This document shows positions 42,410-60,012 of a stretch of 64,000 bases of DNA, one piece after another. A model generated the notes under the pieces. That model did not search any database and had not been told where the DNA came from. It worked only from the letters and a program-made list of their open reading frames with translations. The position numbers and the translations under genes were made by a program. The stretch is from NCBI RefSeq assembly GCF_036321535.1, contig NC_087447.1, positions 42,286,001-42,350,000 on the forward strand, given 5' to 3'. This stretch comes from Camelus dromedarius (taxonomy: Eukaryota). How positions within the stretch are numbered: the first letter of the stretch is position 1; each line of letters begins with the position of its first letter.

Positions 42410-45012
42410 AGAGAAACACATTAACTTCCTTTATTTAATACTGACAAAGAAAGGGCTTTTTTTAAAAAGGATGGCTTAAGTTTACAAAAAAGTGAAGATT
42501 TTATGCTAATGTCAGCCATTAAAAAAGACAAACCCAATAAAACCAGAATTAATTTGTAGTATAAATTAAAAAAAAAAAGTTATAGGTTAGTGAAACTATG
42601 GGAAAGGCTGTATGTTACATAAATAAAATCTACATTGCAACTAATTACAAATTTGTAAATACTATTCTCAAAAAGTTATCCAAAAGTCCTATAATCTTAT
42701 TTAGACACAATATTCCGAGATCCATAATCTATAAGAGACTCTAATTTGATTTTTAAGGAAGAACTGAAAATAACAGGTATATATTTGATGCATTAGAAAC
42801 TACCATTTGAACAATATTTAATATTAAATATAGTTTAATTTGAAGGTCTTTAATTTCAATCAAAATCCATAAACGGATATTAGTTTGGATTGTACGACAG
42901 AGACAATAAAACTTGTTCTCAAAGACATGCCAATACATTTTCTTGAAACAAAACCTCAGCAAACGAGAATTTTCATACTGTGCGTGGGAGTAACTAAAAC
43001 CTTTATTAGATATGGTTTTCCAATAACAATGTGAAAATTGGAATTATCAATTCAAAGAGCAGTGAAGTCTGAAATTTAAAAAAGTAGACTAGATATCAGG
43101 TAGGGGATAAAAGATAAAGGAAGACAAAAATGTTTAATACTATTCAATATCTCCCCTCTGTACACAATGTTGCATATATACAACTACTCCATTTTAATTT
43201 TATTGATCTTTATATAATAGTGAAATCCCCTGAAACAACCTAGGGTATACAGATGGTGTCCAACTTGGGGGGAAAAAAGTAGAAACACACTTGATTAACA
43301 GTTTTCACCCACACATTTTAGACAGACACTTTTTTTTCTTTTTTTGCCAAGATTTTCATAGTAAATTCATAAATATAGGAAATACTTTCACTCCTTCAGT
43401 GTTAAAATAGAAAACCAAACAGTGCCAACAGTAGTGGCTTAATTATTGGCATACAAGAAAAACACACCACCAATGGGTTTTCTTCATTATGCATTTTAAA
43501 TAATGTGTATTTGTTTCATTTTTACAGTTATAAATTTTCTAGTCTGTTATAGACAACAGCACTTAATAGTTTTGAATCCACTGAGATGTTTGCTTTCAAT
43601 TTGAAATATTGTGTGTATACATGTATATAAAAAAATAACCCAATGTATGAATCATCTGACAGATGTTTAAGATAAATAAAGGCTTATTTTTGAACATGCA
43701 GTTAGGAGAGAGGGAAGCAAGCCAACCTCTCTACATTGTCTTGTTGCCGGCTTGTTTTGCAGTGGTATCAATAGTGGTTTTTGGAGGGAACCGTGTGCCT
43801 TCAGCCTATCTATTTAAGATGAGATACCACAATCAACAAGAGGGGTAGAGTAGATGAGGAAGGAGGAGGAGGTGTTAAATGTCAAATTTTATAAGTGTGC
43901 ATTTTGCACTTTCTAGGTACAGGATAAACAGATCCATGAGGAAAAAATTTACAATTCAGAAAAAACTGCAATCGAATCAAGACATAATAGCCGAATTAAG
44001 TTCTTTTAATAGATTGCATATATAGATTTTTAGCCATACTCTTTGATCAACTCTTTAAGAGTAGAACTTTATATCCAATTTACATGCTTCAAATATCACC
44101 TTTCCTATTTGTTACAGTAAGGTCTTGTATCCAAATATCCCTTGTACACTGAGAGCTTTAAGAAAAAACAGGACAAAGAGGGAATTGCCATTTTTTAGCA
44201 GCAATGGAATATCACTAACCCCTTTTAACACACCGAATTCAAGTCACTATCAGAGGTGAGTGCACCACAAAGTCACCAGGTACAAAACTGCTAGTTCATT
44301 TTTAAATTAATAACTTGAAATTACCCCCGCCCCCCCGCCCCATTACATCCCATCTTTTTATAAACAGCAAACATTTTGCTATTTTATACATAGGCTAGCA
44401 GGCTTGTTTCAATATGAAAGTGCTAATTCATTTACAGATTTTTTTTAATCAGTTATGTAGTGCTACAATAAATGTCCAATAATCTACATAGGAACCATCG
44501 TTGATGAATGAAAATGATGAAGGTTGAATAAGGCTATCAATTACCTTATCTTATTTACATATAAAGAATAGATACCCAATGGTGTGGAAGAGACAGAAAT
44601 CGGACAAATACTCATAGGTGTAAAAATTACATCTACCTTTGAGCTTATACTGTAAATGAGACATTTTAAATAGTCCTGTAGCCCATGCCTATTTTTTCCT
44701 CAGAAAAAGAAAAGCTGCCTTCATGACATCCCCTCTTGTTGCAGATTTCCACAGTGTCACCTGAACTTTCAGTCAGAATCTTACTTTCTTCAAAAAATAA
44801 AGAAAATACCCACATTAACTCCCTCCCCCCAAAATCCCTCTCGTTTCATTTTCAGTGCCAAGTTGCATGATCAGGTCCCACCTCCTGGGTTTTCTTTGTC
44901 CATCTATTGATCAATTAGTTTAGAGTAGATAACATGAACCAGTTCTGGAACCACTACTAGGAGGAACACAAGCTCTTCACTACAATCACACTGCAGGAAA
45001 GAAAGTGATAAC
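42410..45012 (-). other. IPO7: IPO7 3' UTR (end inferred)
   Basis: AT-rich stretch after TGA with no recognised repeats; AATAAA on - at 43199-43204, 43002-43007, 42430-42435. Confidence 0.65.
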
Positions 45013-45129
<117 letters not shown>

Positions 45130-45921
45130 TTAAAAGAGCATTTAGTCATCTTACTACTTTGGAGAACAGAAAGAATTGGCAGACATTAACAATAGCTTAA
45201 CCACCAATATCAGCTAGGAAGTTCTAAACCTTGGCCTCTGTTCTTCCTCCAAATGTATACGGAGAAAGGGAGGAGTATATTATGTAGAGAAGATGAACTC
45301 TCTTGTTGAAGACTTCTTAACCAATTTTCACTTGCCATTGTCTTAAAAAACTTTTTTTTCATTACTCTATTTTGAGTCAAATACTGAATCAGCAGGATCC
45401 AATCTCCAAAGATAATATCAGCTAATTAACCTAAGCTGTGTATGATTTATAAGGAGGCCCCCTTTTGAATATTAAACTAGTTTGACCCACATATTAAGAC
45501 CTATAGAAAAAACATTTAGGCTTTGTGTAATCTAAAATGTCCTGGTCTAAAAAACAAACTGAAATGTTTAATGATGAAAAGAAACGATACATGTCTTTAA
45601 TGTACTTCTAAGAAACTGCCTTTTTCGTAACTTTCAATTTACACTTTTAATAGAATTGTTTTTACTATCAAACTGACCCCATGAGCTTTAGCAACCTTAT
45701 TAAAATAAAGCATGCTGAAACTAGTCTTCAACTACACTTAAAATCAGTAAATTGTGACCAAAACCAAAATTTGTTTTTTCATACCTGCAGATTAAGAGTG
45801 AATTTCATGTCAACTGCAACAATTGTAGCTTTTATATAATTTAAAATCATTTATTATAAAATTTTAAAGCTGTATCAAGTCATTAATTGCATTTAACAGA
45901 GGTTGTGGTCAATTAACATAC

Positions 45922-46038
45922 CATGGGCTGCTCTTCTTTGATCGGCTAGAGTTGCTATATCCTGTAACTGTTTTCTCTGTTCTTCATTAAGACCGTGAGT
46001 CAGAGCCTGATACCACACAGGATTACGATTTTGTATAG
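45922..46038 (-). CDS. IPO7: IPO7 exon 24, 117 nt
   Basis: (T)[38 protein letters not shown](E); AG/GT flanks. Confidence 0.96.
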
Positions 46039-47835
46039 CTATCAAAAAGAAACAGAGAAAAAAGGGTGACAATAAGAAAGGCCTGGTAGTTCTATTCTGT
46101 TCCCTCTATTCTACTTCCAGTACTGAAATTCTGGTCTAGTTTATATTTTCTCAACAAAATAATTTAAGGTATTTTAAGTTACCTGTGAAACAAAATACAC
46201 GGGGTGAGGGGGGGAGTGTCTGGTTTGGCCTCAAAAATCTAATCATTATCATAATTATCTCAGTAAATAAGGATTTAGGACCTAAACTAGTTCTTATATA
46301 ATAAGTAACAAGCTGGAGAAACTTTAGAAATAAAATTAACTGAATCCCTTAAAAGATTCAGAGTTAAAGCAGCTTGAAAATGAACAAGACTACTCTGGAT
46401 AGAATTCTCAAATCCCTAAATTAAAAAACAAAAATCAGAAGCATTAAGTAGATGCAAGGGGTGAATGGTACAAAATAAATGCCTTTTTTTTTTATTACCC
46501 ATTCAAAAACCTTTCTTAAATACATGTACGACTGTCTTTCCATAGGTAAAGGCAGCTCTACAGTACTTCAGTTAAAATTAAAACGCTTACACATTTTTAT
46601 ACTATAGATTAAATAATGGTCAAGCTCAATCTGTGGTGAAGGGATAAATTTTCCCAGCCTGTTACAAGACCAGGTGTTAAAATCTCATGTTTCATGAGAA
46701 CATGCAATGGATACATTGATAGATAATGGTAGCAAGTCTGACCATGTATTTCTCTATTTCAATTAAGTAACTGTATAAAAGGGTGTGTGTGGTGAAGGAC
46801 AGAGAGAAAATGTTCTCTATAAAGGCTTTCCACAGAAGAATACTTTTTTACAGAGTAATTCCAAGAATGAAAACTGACTTCCTCATGATTTTCTACTTCT
46901 ACTTTATTGCATTTACCGTGCATGAGCCCTCCATTATAAACCATCCCTTAGGGATGAACATGTGTTTAAGTCCACAAGATACAAAGTCATGGGCAAAAGC
47001 CAGTCAGTAGTTCTTGGCACCTCAATCAATTTTTGTGGCCTGCCATGTAGTTCAGAAAGCATTCCTTGCATTTCTGCAACTGTGCATCAAAGTTGCTTTG
47101 TCATGGGCTTGGAAAACTAATGCTTTGGTTATCAGAGAATTTATTCTACATCAAAGTTCATAATGCACAGGAATGACAAATAGCACAATAGTTAACTCTG
47201 GAGGGAAAGGATCTTCAAATATAGCACCAATTTTAATTTCTTAAGCTGGGTGATACAACACAGATACTACATTTTGTTGAAATCCAAGTAAATAATGGTA
47301 AAACAAACTGCCACCTAGTATTTAATAGCCACAAACTGTGACACAGGAAAAAAGAAAAGGTATTCCAAGATCATTAATGTTGTAAGTTCTCAAGTTCTCA
47401 GACAGGTAAGGATGGGTTTGGCCCGGGGTCGGGGATGGAGGGTGGGGTGGAGATACACAAATACATAAACACAAGAAACAGATACAGGAGTAGATATTCC
47501 TTGGGAAAGCTAGGAGGCAGGAAATCAGAAGTGGGAGAGAAACTGTCATTGTATAAACTTTTTGAACTATACAATTTTTCCTATAATGTGCATATTTCAA
47601 AATTATAATCTAAATTAAAGTAAAATAGGTTAAGGAAAATACCACGAATCTTTAAGGTAACAGAAGAAATAACTTTGGTTACTTTGCCTAACAATTCTAA
47701 ATCACATTCTAGCTTGGGTTTGATATACCCAAAAATCCCTCCTTTTAAGAGGCAGACATGTTAAAACAAGAATAGATAGTTCAGGAAAGTGAATCATATG
47801 GAGCCATAGGAATTACATATAACAAGTTAACTTAC

Positions 47836-48042
47836 TTTGAAATATAGCTTTAAATATCTGATACTCATCAACAGGGTTATCTTCATCATCAATGATTGTG
47901 GAGTAGCCTTCCAGGGCAGTTTCTTCAGCATCATCTTCTTCCCAATCTTCATCATCTCCATCTTCACCCGCTTGCTTAGCCAGAATCTCCAAATATTCTT
48001 GTCCATCTTCATCAATATCATCTTCATCACTCCCCAGCTCCT
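47836..48042 (-). CDS. IPO7: IPO7 exon 23 (acidic region), 207 nt
   Basis: (E)[20 protein letters not shown]...QIFKAIFQ(T); AG/GT flanks. Confidence 0.96.
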
Positions 48043-48800
48043 CTGCCAAGTCATAAAAAGTTGCTCTTATTAACACTGAAATATTCTGTTACTCAACAGA
48101 CAGTGGTAACTGTTGATAAAGTATAAATCACAACCAAATAAATTCAAGGAAAAGTTCCAGGAAATGGTGTTTAAATACAAAGGCATCAATAAATAGAAAA
48201 ACAAATTCTCACAGAAATCTAAGAAAACTAGCCACAACTCTGAGGACTACATAGTAATAAAAGAATCAGCACTTAGTGTGCTCTGAGCCTTAACAGTATA
48301 TACCAAAACAAACACCAAAAGTAAAGTAACACAGTTTCTGTTATATCCACAGAGCAACTTTTCTGAGATCCTTTTTTTAAGGCTGGCTTAGACAGTAAAT
48401 GAAAAAAGACAAAAGGTGGCAGTTATCTTATTTTTGAACAACTACAATAACTTCTCTTAACCAATCAATATCCTGTATCAATTTACACTCTTGTAGCCTA
48501 CAGTGCCTTACAGGTGAAATGTATTAGTCAACATCTAAACTTAATTTTATAGTGGAGGTACAACTAGGTTTTAGAACTAAGAGATGATAGATGTTTGCCA
48601 ACACTAAAAACCTGCCACCACTAAAACCCATGAATGCCTACAACTGCTTTATGTGGTGGGGACACAGCTGAAAGTTCCTGAATGAACTAGAAAGCATTTG
48701 GCTCTGATGCTACAATTCTTTAGAAGGGCTAAAAAAAACAAGCCCAGTGATATTTCTAACCAGCTAATAAGCCTGGCTTCCTCCACTGCAAATCCCTTAC

Positions 48801-49006
48801 CTGTTTCATCATCATCTTCAGCTTCATCGTCATCTTCACTGTCATTCTCGTGTTCTGCGTGGCAGGCATATGCTCTTTTTAATCCATTAAATAAAAGAAT
48901 AAAAGCTGGCAAAATCTGTCCAGAAACCTGATTTAAAACTTGTGGTATTTGTTCCATATCAATAAGAGCACAAAGGCCCAGAACACACATCTTTCTGTCG
49001 TGAAGC
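48801..49006 (-). CDS. IPO7: IPO7 exon 22, 206 nt
   Basis: (G)[19 protein letters not shown]...EAEDDDET(E); AG/GT flanks. Confidence 0.96.
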
Positions 49007-49108
49007 CTAAAATATAATAAAAGAAAGATGTTTTCCTTTCCCTTTTAAAAAAAAAAATGCAGAGTCTGTACAAAGTTAAATATAGAAAGATTCAATATAT
49101 GTCACTTA

Positions 49109-49333
<225 letters not shown>

Positions 49334-49880
49334 TCAAGAAAGACAGCAAAATATTCCAAAATTGTAAGTAACAGCAGCCTAACTATTCTACCCATATTAA
49401 CTTTCTTGTTGCCTCAACTAACCCCTTTTCCATTAAGTGATCCAATAATTCTTTACTGTTGAGGCATTTCAGTGGGAATTTAATTTTAGGGAAAGAACCG
49501 TCTTCACTGAAATATTAGAGACTCACCACAATAGCAGCCATGGATTCAAAATATTCCTGACTAACCTTACTGTGGTAATCATTTTGTAATATAAACATGT
49601 ATCAACTCATCATATTGTATGCCTTAATTAAACTTACACTATGTTGGATTAAAAAATTCCCATTGAAACTGACCATGGAAATGTAATGATTAAATCTTAC
49701 TATAAAGTGATAATGTAGCAAACAATACTCTTACGATATACTATTAAAAAAGTCTTAAGTCAAAACTTATCTTGCATAATTAGTAGCCATAAAACTTGCC
49801 AGTCATATATCCACACATATTAAATATTTGATTTATTAAACATTAAATTTTAAACCAACAATTGAAAAATGTTGTCTCTG

Positions 49881-50186
<306 letters not shown>

Positions 50187-50595
50187 TTAAATCAGTTTAC
50201 AGCTGCTAAATATTTAAGATATTCTAATTAATACAAATAATTGCAATATTCATTGTACAGACTATCATCTAAAGCACCTATAAGGATTTGGAGTTGTTCA
50301 TCTATTTGTCATACTTCTCTACATAATCGAAACACCTCCCCTGTAATGCCATTCTGGACTACAGCATGTTGACAACCACTGTATCTAAAAAATACTGACA
50401 ATGGAGGGTAAGAGGAGCAGAAAGAAGAGGCAGTCAGTTGATGGCAAAAGTGTTCCTAGTGAAAAATAAAAGCATGGACTACATATGCTCATTAGCACTA
50501 GACGAATCTAAGTGTTAAGGATACGTGTTCTGGAATGGAAAAGGTGGTATAGGTATCTATTTCCAAACTATTAGAAACAATATAATTTGGTCTTA

Positions 50596-50736
<141 letters not shown>

Positions 50737-51096
50737 TTAAATATCTTTACTAACATAAGTGCTTTGTTTCTGAAAAATTTCAGTAAAAGCAAATCTAAAT
50801 GTTTTGTCCCTAACATTCATCTTTAATTATTCATTTATAATTAAATGTAAAAATGAACCTATTATTAAAATACACTCCTTTATATCTAGTAGTTAAATAT
50901 AAGATTATACAAAGAAAAACTGACAAAGGGCAGGAGGGTAAGGATATGTGCTAAAGAAAAACTCTCAAGTGATAACCAAATCAAAATGTATAACGGAAAT
51001 CAATGCTATGTGCGTCCTTGAGTATTCATTGCTACTGATAATTTACCCAATGAAGCACTTAGAATATTCAAAAGTGTATGTTAAAGTGACATACTA

Positions 51097-51431
<335 letters not shown>

Positions 51432-52390
51432 CTAAAAGAAAAGAAAAAAACCATGTGGAATTGCAGCAGGCTGAATGAGTTATTAAATAATATATAATAA
51501 CTTAATGCATTTAAATGTAAAGTCAATACTGTTAAGAAATCATTAAGCCTTTGTTTTGAAATGACCCATATTATTAAGTTGTGTGTGACTCAATCTGGGA
51601 ATGAAATTTAATGAAATATCATTACAATGAGATATATAAGCAGGATATCCATTTCGAATACATATATTCAACGTATTTTCAACTCTTCAAATACAGTAAA
51701 CAATGATTTGTTAACCATAAGGTAGCTATAGGGTTCCTCATGGCTTCTACCTGTCTACAATTATAATCTAGAACAAAAATAGTTAACTAAAAATTTCATG
51801 TTGCAAAAGGCAATTTGTAGATAATCCGAAAATATATGATTTATGGATTTAAAGGACAGTGCTTACTTCTAAGGGAAGGAATTAAGAAAATGAGATTAGG
51901 AAGTGGTGCCCCAAGGGTTTCAATCATGTCTATTTGAAACTTTTTCTTACTGGAAGTCTAAAGACATACCATAAAATGTTAAAATCTAATAAATTTAGGT
52001 GGTGGGTAAGGGATATTGATTATAGTTTTCTATGTTCTTATGTTTTCCTATATGTTTTAAATAGTTCCATTTTTAAAATTCATGATTACAATTCTCTTAC
52101 CTTTCCAAAAGATAACAGTAAAAGAAGAAAACTAGGAAGATGATGGTGAATGTGAATGTACTTAATACCACTGAACTGCACACTTTGAAATGGTTAAGGT
52201 GGTATATGTTATGCGTATCGGACCCCAATTTTTAAAAATATTTTTTATTAAGAAGGAAAACTAGAAAGAATATGTTTTCTTAGGAATCACCACACTTTTG
52301 GATCTGAAAAAGGCAATCCTAAGAAGTCAAAATCCTGAACCTTGAGGTAAAAATATGATAATTCAAATACCTCCTTCCTATTCCCTCTAA

Positions 52391-52531
52391 TTAACTAAAT
52401 TTTTAAAACTTTTCTTGTGGGGGAGGTAACAAGGTTTATTTATTTATTATTTTTAATGGAGGTACTGGGGATTGAACCCAGGACCTCATGCATGCTAAGC
52501 ACGTGCTCTACCACTGAGCTATCACCTCCCC
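52391..52531 (-). mobile_element. tRNA-Ala-derived SINE
   Basis: Near-intact tRNA-Ala(AGC) head; TSD CCTATTCC(C/T)TCTAA. Confidence 0.92.
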
Positions 52532-52655
52532 CCTATTCCTTCTAAGGATCCTAAATTATTTATAAGGTACCAATCATATCCCTTAACAAAAAGGTACTAG
52601 TTACAAGATTGCAAAATCAAGGTATGTAAGATGACCAGAGAATTATATTAAGTCA

Positions 52656-52868
<213 letters not shown>

Positions 52869-53865
52869 CTAGATTCAAGAGAAGATAATTAAGGTTTGCC
52901 ATTAAAGCAGTACAAACATATTTTTGTCTAAAACTTTTAATTTTTAAAGTGTTCTCACTGGGACAGCACAATTGATCAACATTTTCAGATCAATTATTAC
53001 TTAAGAGCCTTGGCTCTATAATCTATGGTACTGCTCTACCACTTACTAGGTGACCTTAAACAGATTACTTGACCTCTTTTTCCTGACATCTTAGAGATAC
53101 TGTGAAGATTAAATGAGGCAAGGCATAAAAAGTGCTTAATATTATTAGCCACCAAGGTTTTTGTTGCCATAGAACTCAATCACTTTGAAAAATTCTGAGC
53201 AAAGTTATTAGTTATAAGGAGTCATAATAATCAGCTTATTATAAATGCAATATACTCATTTAATGAACACTACTATGTTTATTCAAATGTCCTTACCCAT
53301 TTCAAAATCAACTTTTAAAAATATCCACAGCAAATACCAAGAGTTAGATTCTTGAAACCTCAATGTTTAACAAGAATATAAACTGCATCAAATAAATCAC
53401 TGTATAGGGAATATGAATGGAGAATTGTTGGGCACATGTCCATACTTTCTATTATCCTTAAATAATTTACATTGTTAATTCTCAGAAGTTTAGGGCTATG
53501 TACAATTAACAAAGGCCAACTATAAAATAACCTTTTACACAAATTTCATTTAAAAAATCTATTTATAATTATTATCTGTACTTCATCTTTAAGTTGGTCC
53601 ACAGCATCCCAGACCACACAGACAAGGTAGTCATGATGCAACGTGAATACAAGTTAACAACTATGCATCGTAGAGGCATACAGCTCAGGTGTGAATCTCA
53701 GCCCCACACCTGTAGCTTGAGCAAGTAACTTAGCCTTTTTATACCTCACATTTTCTCTCAGTATAGAAGTACTCCTCACATAGGATTATGGGAGAATTAA
53801 ATGAGTTCATACATACACATACGTATGTATCTCAAGGGCTTAGAATACTGCCTGACAGTATTTCA

Positions 53866-54448
<583 letters not shown>

Positions 54449-54522
54449 TTAAAAAAATGCAGTGAGTTACTATAGGTATCTTACTAAATCTCCCCACGCA
54501 ACAATATCTCTATTCCCAAAGT

Positions 54523-54716
54523 AATGTGTGTGAGAATTTGGAGGCTGGCCAGTGGTAGATAATGTCCAAAGACATAACACTAGACCAGTACTATGATCCC
54601 AACTTACTCTTTGGCTGCATCACGTTTGTGTGGATAGCAAGATCTGAATGCAAAACACAGACAGACACTGCTATCAGACACAGACGAAAACTATGCACAC
54701 CTTATGAGCAGCCATT
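54523..54716 (-). ncRNA. SNORA23: H/ACA box snoRNA SNORA23 in IPO7 intron 13
   Basis: ATGGCTGCT...GCAGTGTCTGTCTGTGTTTTGCATTCAGATCTTGCTATCCACAC...GGGATCATAGTACTGGTCTAGTG...CACACACATT; H box AGAGTA 54605-54610, terminal ACA; matches recalled SNORA23 and its known host gene. Confidence 0.9.
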
Positions 54717-54805
54717 TAAAGACACACAAAACAGAAAACTAGAATGAAAGATGGCTTTAAAGTGAACATTAAAAAGTTCCACATAAAAGTCCACATAAAC
54801 AGTCA

Positions 54806-54979
<174 letters not shown>

Positions 54980-55889
54980 TCATCTCAAATACCAAATAGA
55001 TACACAGTTTTTAAATATGACAGCTGATGTCAAAACATACATTTATTCTGGAATTTTGAACCCCAAGACCCATATTTGATTTTCTCATTCTCAAACATTA
55101 AAAACAACTGAATACATTTTTTTACCCTTTTAATTGTTTGTTGGAAAGCAATTACGCCAAATCTTAACATCCATGGTGTTTAAGTAATGCAAGAATGGTT
55201 AATTTTATTTCTCATCTTATAAAACATTTTTTCTTATAAAACTTTCCTCTCCGGAAAGGTTCTAAAAGAATACAACATAGATTGAGAAATATCCTGCTTT
55301 CATGGTAATGATCTGAGTATCTAAAGATACTCTCATAAATCTTAAAGCAGGGTATTTTCTAAATGGTAACAAGCTTTTAGGAAGAGTTCCTCGATGTGCA
55401 TATTAAATCAACTTTAAAAACTGATAAACACTTTAAAAAATGAAGACGACTAATGAAACATGACAACCAATGCAATGTGGGATTCTGGACTGGATCAGGG
55501 ACCAAAAAAAGAACATTAGTAGGAAATCTTATAAAATGTGAAAGGAGTTTTTAGATTAGGTCAACAGTATCATATCAATATTAATTTACCGGTTTTGAGA
55601 ATTGTGGCATGCCTATCTAAGATGTTAACGTTAGGGGAAGCTAGGTGAAAAGTAATGGGAACTATCTTGCAAATTTTCTATAAGTCTAAAATTACTTAAA
55701 AATATAAAGCTAAAACAAAAACCTGAATGTACCGAGAACTCACTCAAGATTCCCAGCCTTCTGCACAACAAATAACCACGACCTTTAATTTATTCTTTAT
55801 AAACTAAGAGAAGAATGGGCAGACAGGTATTTCAAACCTGTGCTGGTCAAGGATCAACTGTTTATGAAAAATTTCCAGTATTTAGAATC

Positions 55890-56923
<1,034 letters not shown>

Positions 56924-57008
56924 CTAGATAAAAAGAGAAAAATAATTCTTTATTGGATATCTTAACAATCCTTATCTGAACAAATTTTAAATATTAAGGC
57001 AAAAGTTA

Positions 57009-57119
<111 letters not shown>

Positions 57120-57135
57120 TTAAAATTAATACAGA

Positions 57136-57263
57136 TGGGAGGAGGGTATAGCTCGAGTGGTAGAGTGCATGCTTAGCATACATGAGGTCCCAGGTTCAAC
57201 CCCTAGTTACCTCCTCCAAAGATAAATAAATGAATAAACCTAAGTACCTCTCCCATAAAAAAT
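57136..57263 (+). mobile_element. tRNA-Ala-derived SINE
   Basis: Same head and tail; TSD ATACAGA at 57129-57135 and 57264-57270. Confidence 0.9.
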
Positions 57264-57911
57264 ATACAGAAAACCATAACTTCAATTTCTTCAACAGACT
57301 TCACACAAGGTAAGTATGAAAATGAAGCCAGATCCCCATATAATTCTGCCAAAGCCTAATTCCTTGTCTTCCTTGTACAAATTAAATCTCAATCTATCAA
57401 TTTCTCACAATGATTATTTTCTTTCATACAAAACCCTACTACTGTGAGAATTTTCACAATGGGGTCACAAAAGTACCAACTTCTAACAGTATGTAAGATT
57501 TTGGTAGGGGGAAGGACTAATACTCAACATTAGCCAAATTACAATTCTTTAGTTCCATGCAGAGATTCCTTGTGACTCCAGCTTCCAGTATGCATCTTCT
57601 CAATTTCCACACACATGACCAAGGGATTCAGAAGTATAGTTTGGACACTTAGTGTTAGGGGTAACCTTGAATTTCTAACAGTTTTGGCATGTGCCAGAAG
57701 CACATTCAATATTTATAACTTAGTAACACTACTTGTGTTTGCTAAAAATGAAGATTATCATTATCAAATGCCATAACTAATGAATAGCTCCCCAAAAGTC
57801 TAAACAATGGATAAATTACATTAAAAACAAAAGATTTTTCAATACCATAGATGAGGACTTAATATTCAAGGTTTACTATCACAACCTTAACTACCTATAT
57901 ACTTGTTTCTA

Positions 57912-58088
<177 letters not shown>

Positions 58089-58710
58089 TCAAATTTCTGT
58101 GAAAAGTGCTAAAACAAAAGTAATTCATTATGCGGTTTTATGTGTTATAGAGTTAAATGTGTTTTAAAGCTTAGTATCAAACTTTAGTAAAGCATTTAAT
58201 TCATTTTCAGATCAACTATCAGCATAAACACATTCTTACCCTCTGCAACACGTAATTATAAAATAACACATGTGCACATAGGTAGCAATTAAATATTCAA
58301 AAAAATATAATATGAAATTTTAGTCCATCAAATCCTACCGTTCCAAATAAAGCAAATAAACTACTCATAGAAATTATACGTAAGTCTATTATCCCTGAAA
58401 TTAATCTGGTGAAATACTCCAAATTACATGACTAAAATGTTAACTAATCATGGTCCAACAGTCAGAACTTAAAGGCAAGTTTAAACATAAGAGTTTCAGA
58501 TTAAAAGATAATCTGACTGCTCACAAAATACCTTTTCTAATGTTTGTCAAGGTGTTGCATCATTTTTCTATTATACTCAAAACAATTATCGAAACTAGAC
58601 CGAGTAACACAATTCAACAAAAAATGAATTCTTTCCAACCTTCTTGCTAATTAATGTTATTTCTATTACATTTTCTAGAAAAACAGTTCAGATAGAAAAT
58701 TATTTATTAC

Positions 58711-58845
58711 TTGTATATGAGGCTTCAGATTCTTCCAGGTGAGAGCATGAGAAACTCCTTGATTAATATAGTTTAAGGTTTGTTGTAAAACTCGAGGAGC
58801 CATATATTGCTTCTCCTTGTACTGATATAACACCTTCAATAAAAC
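58711..58845 (-). CDS. IPO7: IPO7 exon 9, 135 nt
   Basis: [45 protein letters not shown]. Confidence 0.96.
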
Positions 58846-59224
58846 CTTTGAAAAAAAATTTCTGATCAAAAACCAAAGTTCAAATAGTAAGTTTAACCAC
58901 TTACAAGCCAGCAAAAATATCTGACAATTACCCAGGTTATCGCCATAAAATTAACAACCATGTCCTTTCAAGAAATTATGTATCAGAGAACCGTATTTAT
59001 TCCCAAGGTATTTAAACAAACAAATTGAAGTAATATTGTGTGTCAAAGGACTAGCTTCTGATTAAGTATAAAAAGAAAAGAAAACCATATGCTACTTATT
59101 GAACATTCCACAACACGCTGAGACAGCACTTTATCGTTAAAATCAACTTCTAGGAAAATTTTACCCAAACCATTAACCTACTTATTTAAATGTCTGCCAA
59201 CAGGTCTAATTTCCCTTGGTATTT

Positions 59225-59582
59225 CAGAATAGCAACTGTCAAAATGTAGTCTCAGAGGGTGTGACAGGTCAAAACTATTTTCATAATAATGCTAATGTTA
59301 TTATGGGTTGAATCAGTGGCACCTCTGTTAAAAATACATACATACATACATAACATACATACCTAACTACCATCCCCCCCAAAATTAAAAACCACTTATT
59401 CTGTTAATATATAATAGGTTTATTATTATTTTAAAATAAATTAATACCATTAAATTTTGCTTCAATTTTTAATATGGTAAATATCACTAATTATAACCCA
59501 CAAATGGAAACTTGTCAGGATTCTCAATAATTTAAGAGCATAAGGAGGTCCTGAGACCAAAAGCACTTGAGAATTACTGCAG
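59225..59582. mobile_element. hAT-Charlie-like DNA transposon fragments
   Basis: GGTCCTGAGACCAAAAGCACTTGAGAATTACTG resembles a Charlie terminus; family assignment from memory. Confidence 0.5.
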
Positions 59583-59689
59583 GGTTCAAAATGTTAAAGA
59601 CTGTTACATACAGTCTTTTGATGCCAAAGAAGCTAGAAGTAAGTAAGACAAATTAACCAGTAATGCCATGTTTCTACTTGGAAAAATTA

Positions 59690-59797
<108 letters not shown>

Positions 59798-59898
59798 TTA
59801 ACATACCCATTATGTCTTTATAATGCTTTATATTAGCACTTATGAAACCAAATGCTTGAAAAAATAAACTTAAATCATCCTATACTGAAAAGAATTTA

Positions 59899-60012
<114 letters not shown>

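Noticed and set aside
47827..48931. Alternative-frame and antisense ORFs over IPO7 acidic exons
   Set aside because: Shadows of low-complexity GAT/GAA codons
52455..52531. Apparent tRNA-Ala(AGC) genes (also 6904, 21673 and others)
   Set aside because: Each has a SINE tail and target-site duplication with stem mismatches; treated as SINEs, not tRNA genes
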